Assembly: GCF_037042905.1 (NCBI RefSeq)
Contig: NC_087245.1
Span: 31,808,001-31,868,000 of the forward strand
Origin: Lytechinus pictus
Taxonomy: Eukaryota
Length of the DNA: 60,000 bases
Reading direction: 5' to 3'
Positions 51,055-60,000 of this stretch are shown one piece after another. Each line of letters opens with the position of its first letter. Positions within the stretch are counted from its first letter, which is position 1. The notes under the pieces are model-generated. The model did no database searches. It saw only the letters and a program-made list of their open reading frames with translations, and was not told the origin of the DNA. The position numbers were made by a program, and so were the translations under genes.

Positions 51055-51200
51055 GAATCAGCCTTCCGAACTTGAACAGAGGGTCGTGAGTTCAAATTCC
51101 ATCCATGGCGTAATTTCTTTCAGCAAGAATTCGATATAGATTTTGCTGCACTGAACCCAGGTGAGGTAAATGGGCACATGGCAAGAATGTATTCCTTGAA
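51055..51200 (+). mobile_element. tRNA-type SINE fragment
   Basis: GAGGGTCGTGAGTTCAAATTCC (B box), then TTCAGCAAGAA...GCTGCACTGAACCCAGGTGAGGTAAATGGG. Confidence 0.7.
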
Positions 51201-54200
51201 ATGATTTCCCTATTTCATCATGGTACTACGTCGCTAAACGGTCAGCGACACATCTAGTATTTCGAGAAGAAAACAGTACCGGTGACTTTGCTAGCAGCTT
51301 TATACTGCTTATTGATCTTACAGCACATGGTGATTTGAAATCGATCGGAAAATAAGGAAATGCCGTTGTTTTCCTCTTCAGCTTTCATTAGTAATAGAGA
51401 AAAACTATTCGGAATAAGAGGATTGCTGAGCATGAATTGAGCATTCGTGCCAGAAAGGCGTTACTGCAGTTAAAAGAACATGACCACAATGTCCTTTTTG
51501 CTATAATACTACACGGCGTTCGACCGCCAAGCCCATCAACCGACTCGTCATCGCTTCCGATTTGCTTCTCCAGACCGTGACTTTCTTGTGTTTTGTTTTC
51601 GGCATGTCCACCACATTTGCAATAAACAACGCCAGAGTGCATCGAGCTCTCTTTCTTGGTATTGGGTATTATAGCAAAATCCTTCATTTTTTTTTCAATT
51701 TGCAGAATAAACAGCATTTTATTGTTTGGGTCAATTTTACAAGTTGATGAAATTTCGATTACTTCTGTAGTCTCAACCTTGGCGTTCTCTGTACTTTTCT
51801 TATCAAAATGCCACTTTTATTGCTTTTGTTTTAGTTTGTTGGTTTTATTACTGTATTTCTTTTTTTATTACTTTCTTAGATCGCAGAAAACTGCAGCAAC
51901 CTTATATGAGATTTTTATAGCTACATGGGATAAAATTTAGACATTGTAAAAGACCGGTTTGTTAAAATAGGTTTTTACACAATGTATCATACAACATTAT
52001 ATTTCATTATCATCCAGTTGGAGTTTAGGTACATTTTAAAATTTTTTAAATTAGTTTTTGGTGTTATTCTTTTTTACATGTTAGTATCTCAAATAAGGAT
52101 TCATTAGGCCAGTCGGGCCATAAATGGTTACGCGATCGACATATTCATTCTCAATAAAGTTCCTTTTAATATTCTTGAATGTTTTATGGCAATATAAACA
52201 CCTTTTGGCATTCCATAGAATTAAATACCATTCAGTTTGATTTTAGATGCATTTTGGTACTTATTTTATTACTTGGTGATATTTTTTGTAGCTCGTATCT
52301 CAATATATGAGGCCAGTCAGATCATAAATGCTTACGCGATTTTATTCCTATTGACGTTCCACATTGGCAACGTGCACATCTTTGGCTTTCCATACAATTT
52401 AGGAGGAAAAATATACGCGCTATGCGCAACGTAGGCTTAGAGAACCCTATTCAAATAAAGAATTGGAATATAATACTTGATCTCTGTTTACAAGGTCCTC
52501 AGGCAACGAGGATCGGTGTCATATAAGGTGGGGTAAGGGGTCCTCGGTTAGACAGGTTGTGTTTGTTTTCCAAACAGTAGATATCAATTATGATTTAAGC
52601 GTTTCTTTAAACCCGTCAATGATCGCCTGTAGGATGAAACTATACGAGCAGTAGAGAGCGCAATAGGAAATTGAGGTGGAGGTGTGGGGGGGGGGGCAGG
52701 AGAAGGGCAAATTATCTCGTATTCTGTATTCCAGTTTAACTTATTAGGCAATGGTCTAAAATTGTGCAAAAATTATGGGAAGCCGAAAATTTGAAGATTT
52801 TTTTTTTAATGACATCTTTCTTAATATGTTCACTGTGAGGGGAGGATCCTGGATTTAAGAACAGAGTAATTGGTTTACGAATGCTCGGAAAATGACAAAG
52901 AGCAACGAGGAAGTCTTTGTCGAAAATTGGTGAACCGGCACAGCAGTTTCGTCCGATAGTATCAGAGCTGATGAAAAATTGCAATTATGTCGTGTGTCCC
53001 GAGAAGGAAGAACAAGACTACTGTTTTCATTCATAACTTTTTTTAGAGACTTCTTCGTCGTTCTTTGTCATGATGGGCATTTGACATCAGACAATACATT
53101 TATTCTGTACTTGAATCCTCCGTGCGCCTCTGAGCAAAAATTCCGTCCATAACACCATGACAGAACGTTTGTCAGTTAATACGTGAACGAGAATAGATGT
53201 CACTCTCGCACACGCAGACGATGTCCGAAGTGTGGCAGCGGGATTATTGTCTTTATTGATTGAAATTGAGAGTGTGAAGAAAGGCATGGGAGGAAATAAA
53301 TAAATGATTTGGGAACGAAAGAGAGAGAGAACGAGCGAGGGAGAGATAAAAGGAAGAGATAGATAGACGGAGTCAGACATGAGCGATAGAGGGGCGTAGG
53401 GGCTGCAGACAAAAAAAATGGAAGGAGTGACTTGAAAAGGAGCAGAGGCATAATAAGCAAAAGGGGGTATAAGGCTGATTTTCGACAATGATGAAGTGCT
53501 TCTGACATTGTTGAGAGTCGCTGCGATCGAGCCTCAAAATAAGATGTTTTCTTTAATTATCAATTTTGTCAGAGGTTTGACATAAAGATTCAAGTGGATT
53601 TACCTCAAGTTTCTTACAAGAGAGTTATGATGTTGAAAATACAATACAATGATTATGGAAAAAAAGTGAGATTTATTTTATAAAAAAAAGGCCCGACGGC
53701 AATTTCCAGATTTTTGCAAGCAATGCTTCATAATGTAAAGGCAATTTTTAATAGCGATATTGTTAGAAAAGTACAAGAGTGTACAGGGTCGTCAAACAAG
53801 CACGATATAGCATACAAAATATGAACTGCTAATGTAGTAAATGAATTGAATGTGAAAGCAATAGGATGTTGATAATAAATTGGGAATAGAGATATTGAAA
53901 CGAAAGTGGGAAAAGGCGAGAGAAGCCGAAATGGGGAAAGGGAAAAAGAGGGTATGATAGAGAGAAAGAAGGAATCGGGAATAAGGCGCATGCAGTATGG
54001 AAGTGAAGGCATGAAAGATCAGTGTTAATACCAAGACATAACAAACATTATGTAAACGACAGATAATGGTAATAATGCGACCACACCAGCGATGGTCTTC
54101 TATACGTGAAGAAAAAACACGGGACGTTCGGGAACTCGCATAATGATAAACATACTGATGAGGAAGGGGGGGGGGGCTGCTGGGACACTTTTAATGAAAT

Positions 54201-55977
54201 AAAACCTCTTTTCCCGTTTTTATTAAAAATAAATCTATGTACCATCAAGCATTAGCAATACCGCCCAACATTATCTATGGATAGTTTAGAAAACGTTGCT
54301 TGCAATGTTAAGTCCGAATTTAGGACGCAGTGCCGACATACGGCTGAGCGTTCAAGGGCGTTGCTAGGGGAAGGGGTTTGGGGTGTGACACTCCTCTCAA
54401 TATTTTTATTGGCAAATTCACATGCCATCAGTTAAACATTTTAAAACAGGAGGAAAGGAAGGAAAGAAAATGAATAGAAAGGGGGAGGAAGAAAAGTAAG
54501 ACAAAGAAAGATAATACCAAATAATAATGAATGATTTTGGAAAGCGCACAGAAGAAAAATTGCATTTCTCTACGCGCTTTGTACAAGTGGAAATGGTGTG
54601 GAGAGCATTGGGTTCCTAATTATTTACAAAATGCTAAATATATGTGTTTACAAGATATAGAAAAAACGTGAAAGAAGAAAACAGTAAAAGCAAAAATAAG
54701 AGTGCCTCGCATGTATTCATGTCCTTCGGGTTTAAAATAGAAAAGCATTTGTTTTTATTGGATTTGAAAGTACCGAGTGAATGTTACTTTTAGATCAAGC
54801 TCTTCCTAAAAGCCTGTCGGTTTGATTTAACGTATATCAACATTCATTCTTATTGATCAAATTGGACTGATCTTGTCTAAGTACGAAACACGGATGTACT
54901 GACGATTGTTTTATTTAGGCGTACCTTTACTTTTATTTTCTCTCTTTGGAATGACATCCCCAGTGATCAAATTCAATCACATCTTATTCTCGAGAAAATC
55001 GCCAAGCTTTAATGAAAAGGGAAATCGTGTTAAGCTAGTTACTATAATACCGATGTTTCAAATTTACAACTTAAGGATTCAACATCGCCTTCGAAATTTT
55101 AGAAGTTAGTTCTAGTTGCCCTTCTAAAAGAAGGAAATAAAAATATTTTTGCGTAAAGTAAAACGTGGAAAAATGTACGCATGGCGGCATGGTGATGTAA
55201 AACGCAAAATTGTAAAGTCAATTACAGTAAAAAAATTGTACGATGATCGATCTCATTTACCTATGAAACATGTTGTGACAGTTTACACCTGGTGAATTTT
55301 AGGGAAACATATGAACTCGTTCCTCTTTTTTTGTCAGCATCTTGATAAAAGTACGCTGTATATAAATAAAATATCAAATTTTTGGCATTTTGCAATCATA
55401 CCGCATCTCCCACGGAGTAGCAGTATACCTCCAGCACTATCTCTCTTTGAAAAATAACCCCTAATAACTTGAAAATGAAAGCTTCATACGATACATATGA
55501 CCTTCATTTTCGATGACCTTTGGCGAAATCATTCCTGGGAGACTGCTAAGCAAAGTGGACCACTTTTCCTAAATACCCCCATGTTTACAAGCTCCATAGG
55601 CCTTGGGCCTCGTCTTACTCATGCAAATGAATTGACTTGATTAGACCAAAAGCGCGCCTCGGGAGGAAGGCGACGATGCTGCTCCCTCGATGAGCACTTC
55701 AGTGTAGTCTTCGAGAAAGTCAAAAGGTAATAATACAGTCATCCATTTACAGAAAGCACGCGGAAGGCGATATTCTTTTTGGGGTGTCTCGTTCTCAGAA
55801 GTCTCACTCTCATCGGGACGATGTTCTGGGTATTGGATTCACAGGACCGATGGCGTAGCGAGAGGGGGGGGGGGTCCAGAAAAGGGTGTAGTTATCATAG
55901 CCGGGAGACATAAATGCAATATGTGGAGTAGCCGCGCACAATATTATGTTTTATGTAAATTATGTGTAAATTAAGGT

Positions 55978-56019
55978 GAAGATGATGATGATGATGATAC
56001 AAATACTACTACTACTACG

Positions 56020-56078
<59 letters not shown>

Positions 56079-56084
56079 TTACTA

Positions 56085-56130
<46 letters not shown>

Positions 56131-56175
56131 GCTACTAATTCTACTACTACTACTACTTCTGATAATAATAATAAT
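55978..56175. repeat. (GAT)n-(CTA)n-(ATA)n compound microsatellite
   Basis: Direct reading of the sequence. Confidence 0.95.
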
Positions 56176-57078
56176 TGATTTATATCAAATATTGGGGGAA
56201 AACTTTTGTCCTCTTCCATGTTCAAATTTTCCCTAAGGTAGATTTTATTCCCTTTAACGCCACCTGCCCTATTAACCAAACAAACCCCAATTTTGTTCTT
56301 CCTGTGGGTCTCCCAATCGTTGTTCCTCCTTATATCGATGGTTTTTCAAACAGATAATGATAATATTAATACTGATAAGGGTGGTGATGGTAGAAGCTTT
56401 TTACAATAATATTACAATCCACCTCCTACCTCCCTATACTCCCACTCCTCAAGAAAGGCATGACCCAACACTCATCGTTTTGGGACAAATAATAGTACCA
56501 AATCTAAGAATTCAAATTTCTTATTCCTAGAACGAAAAGCTAAATAAATATAGTTGAAAATGTGTATAAATTATTAAAAAAAAATGATTACAAAGCATTT
56601 TATTGTTATTTTTTCTGCGCTGTAGCTACATGAATTCAATATGCGACTTTAGAATCGCCAACCAAGAGTAGTGACCTGTCATGATTGTAGTCTTGCATTA
56701 ATACGTTCATGTTGATCCCGGGTCATGGGAATAGGGGGGAATAGCCGCTTTTCCAAGCTCAGGTTAGCCAGCACGAGTAACTTTAGACTTCTTCACACCA
56801 ATCCTTAATGTCTTTGCGTAGTAAGAAAGTATCTCTTGAATAATAAAAGGAGTGAAAGTATCATTTAGCGTGACAACAACCGTGTTAGGATTGGATTACA
56901 TGGAAGCGCCGATCCACCCCAACCCTCAGTCGGTGTTATAGGGGCGTTGGTCCGCGCATAGAAATGGATCTGTGTGGGATAGATAATTGTGTGGGTGTGT
57001 GAGGGTGGGTGTGGGTGTGTGCGATGGTGGGTGTGCGTGTATTTACTGGAGAAAACCCCCAAACACACATGTGTATAA

Positions 57079-57102
57079 TGAGAGAGAGAGAGAGAGAGTG
57101 CA

Positions 57103-57135
<33 letters not shown>
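57079..57135. repeat. (GA)n/(TG)n microsatellite
   Basis: Direct reading of the sequence. Confidence 0.9.
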
Positions 57136-58375
57136 TAGCGAATGAAAGTGAGAATGAATTGTATTTACACTACTTCAACACTACAAATCGGATGCATCCG
57201 AGAATGAATCAACAATGGTACGCCAGGCTTCGCGATCTAACATGAGAGTTGGTACATCATGTAACAATTTTTTTTGTATCCCTACATATGTAATCAATAA
57301 CATTAAAAGGTTTCCCTCCTCTCTTTTGGTTAGGGAGGCGTGACAAAAGTACATCAGAAATAACTTCCTACTCACTACGAAAACAGCAAATGTCATGCTA
57401 CGTGTAATTACCGTGGTGGAGATAAGTGGAAGATCTCAATAAATTTCATCTTTTGTTTTGTGATCTCTCCAACTAACATTTTGTACCCTCATTAAAACTC
57501 GAACATATTATGTGCCATCTAATCTATCTTTTCAGGACTTTTTGATTGTCCATGTTTCTGAACCATACAAAAGGATACATTCTACACATGCCCTAAGCAG
57601 GGAGAGCTTTGTTGAAAGAGTTAATATTTGATTCCCAAATCAAATGCAGCTTATTACATGCATTCTATGCCAGAGCTTTCCGAAACAGAAAATCTTTTCT
57701 TGAGTCGCATATGTATGAACTTAAATACTTAAAATCATCCACTTTTCGCTTGGCCCCTTCCCTTGTCAGTGTTGATGAATGTTCATGTTCTTCATCAAAT
57801 GTCATGTACTCGGTCTTTTTTTAATTCAAATAGAGGCCAAACTTTGCAGATGCATCCTCTACTGCCATGGCTGCCGGAAGCAGTTCTTGTTCATCCTTAA
57901 TAAGTGCACCATCTACACTTTGAAAAAAAGTAAAGTGGATCTGTATACATTACATCGATTGCTTGTATAACTTCATTTGGAATACCATAATTTGAAAGAA
58001 TTTTAGTAATATTACAACGGTTGACGATATCAAATGCCTTTGGAAAATCAAGGAAGACGATATAAAATCCCTAGATATTCTTAGGTCTTCAATGATTCGC
58101 CTTGAGAGAATATGGGAGGAAGTGGATCTTCCGTTTCTGAAAACACTTTGGTTGTTCCTTAATATTAAGAAGCATTGAATTATATATCTTAGCTGCTATT
58201 GGGGATAATATTATACCTCTGTAGTTTGATGGTGATGAAAGATCCCTTTCTTTGAAATGAGCACAATGGATGACAAAGAGAAAGCTTTTGGTTTATTACC
58301 AATTAGAGTTTCACTACAGAATTTTGAGAAGAGTTTCGTGAAATAGAGGACTCTTCCATATAACAGCAGGAATAT

Positions 58376-58692
58376 TATCAGGGCCAAATGACTTTGAATA
58401 GTTCACGAAAGGTCACGTCGTGTTCAAGAATAGTTCGGCACGACACCGTCCGAATTGCGCAAACTCGTCGTGTCAATAAGGGAAGTGCGTAAACTATGCG
58501 CAAACTATGCGTGAACTCGTGCTAGTTCGTGTCAATGTGGACACTGATGAGCACGCATTCGTTAACTCGTCGGGAACTCGTCGTGAACTATGCGTGAACA
58601 GTGCGGGAGCCTCCCAGTTCTTGCCCCAAAATGGCACGACTTGCCACGACAAAATCATGGCCAAAAGTCGTGCAAGTGTCAGCCTGGTTATA
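58376..58692. mobile_element. CpG-rich non-autonomous DNA transposon relic with CACGA/TCGTG repeats
   Basis: Repeated AACTATGCG, AACTCGTCG and CACGAC motifs; weak inverted ends. Confidence 0.45.
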
Positions 58693-59739
58693 GAGAATGG
58701 CCCTGTTTTAATAGGGAGGAGATCACATACTTTGTGGTTGAAAAGGGGGTCTTCTGTATCACTGACCTAAAATTTGAATTGAATTTTGTGTGCTTTAATT
58801 TTGATGGGGGGGGGGGGGGGTAGGTAGGACAATCGAAAGATGACGTATTTGTTAGGATGATAAATTTACTGATTTTTCCATTTCAGTATCAATACCACTA
58901 TTCGGACCTTTGATCATTATGGCTGAACAGGTTGGAATGTTCATACCACGCTACTTTGAAAATTGGATTGCAATGGCTCGCGTATAGTGTGCGCCACCTA
59001 TACAGACCACAATGTCCGCTAGTATAGTTCCCCGAATCATCCGCAAGCCTGGCCCTTTAATCTTCGATGTAAGAATGAGATAAAGATGATCTCAAATCAA
59101 ACCTGAATGATTGTCGGTACGAGATATAACCACAATTTATGACCAATTGAACCTGCCACTCTGCCAGCTAATATGTCCTCATTTGCTACTTTGTCAAAAA
59201 GTGTTTGAGAAACAATGAGTTTGTCTCGGCCATTTTCTGTTTCTTCATCCTGGCTGTACAGTCAATGGCAGAAGGCGTGGTCGAAGGACACTTTAAACAT
59301 CATATCAGAGGGTAGATTAATATAATTAATTATTTAGAAACGTAGATTCGTGTCAAAATCAATAGATTTATTACTTTTATAGTTGATTTTCCATGTTAGA
59401 GCATATTGCAAGTACTAACACATAATCACTGCTACAAATTCAGCTACTTTCATAAATAATAAATTCTTTGTTTCATTCTTTTATATTTGTTTTTCTCACG
59501 CTTTGAAAATGCATGTAAAACATTAATTAGGTCTATATAATGCATTAATTAATTTGTTGAGTTTTATTCTGGGTTGTCATTTTTTCAAGCAATCTGCTTA
59601 GAATGACAATCCTTCTCCTGCAAACTGTAAATGTTATAATTATTATTTGTTTGAAATGACTTTTTATATAGTCCAATTTTTTTAAATCTATGAATCATGC
59701 CCAAAAAACCCTTATGTTTGTTATGTATTGAAAAAATGT

Positions 59740-59851
59740 AATAATGATAATACCAAGGAATAAATTCTTGCCAGGTACCTATTTATCTCACCTCGGTCGA
59801 GTGAAGCACAATGTGGATAATTTCTTGCCGAATGAAATTACGCCATGGCTG
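59740..59851 (-). mobile_element. SINE fragment, same family as 696-903
   Basis: CAAGGAATAAATTCTTGCCAGGTACCTATTT...GCACAATGTGGATAATTTCTTGC...ATTACGCCATGGCT. Confidence 0.7.
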
Positions 59852-60000
59852 TGTATGTATTATATGCGAATATTATGAATGCAGAAGAAAACATTATAAG
59901 GTCATTCCCGTATAGAAAGAACTAAGAATGAGAAGGAAAAAGGTGGAGTATCCAGGCACCATATAAGGGGTAGCTGGAGAAATTGACTATAAAACATTAA

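Noticed and set aside
51060..51110. tRNA gene (B-box GTTCAAATTCC)
   Set aside because: No cloverleaf; it continues into the SINE body, so it is a SINE head.

Overview
AT-rich, repeat-dense animal genomic DNA. The repeat families and gene content suggest an invertebrate deuterostome such as a sea urchin (inference). The supplied ORF track is almost all noise, so the genes were assembled by reading splice sites. (1) + strand: the last two coding exons of an ARHGAP18/28/40 (conundrum)-type RhoGAP, followed by a probable 3'UTR of about 5.5 kb. (2) - strand, 15130->10940: a complete six-exon gene that the ORF track misses entirely. It encodes a 168-aa secreted protein whose signal peptide is followed directly by His, with a second His in FQKNLDH and a C-terminal FYQCSDI motif. 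This is the histidine-brace copper-site signature of LPMO and X325/Bim1-like proteins. Its promoter has three MITF/TFEB-type E-boxes, a perfect NF-kB site and a C/EBP-like site. This is the best candidate for an undescribed system: a putative phagocyte or lysosomal copper-brace protein in an animal. (3) + strand: the 5' end of a GABA-B-receptor-like class C GPCR, with a probable non-coding exon 1 near 24.8-25.2 kb, an intron of about 18.7 kb, and the first coding exon ending at 45047. The introns contain a 1.04-kb palindrome centred on a MITE, a 4.7-kb non-autonomous piggyBac-like element nested in a MITE, hAT and Kolobok-like elements with intact TSDs, tRNA-type SINEs that share a 3' tail with an L2 LINE, and many microsatellites.
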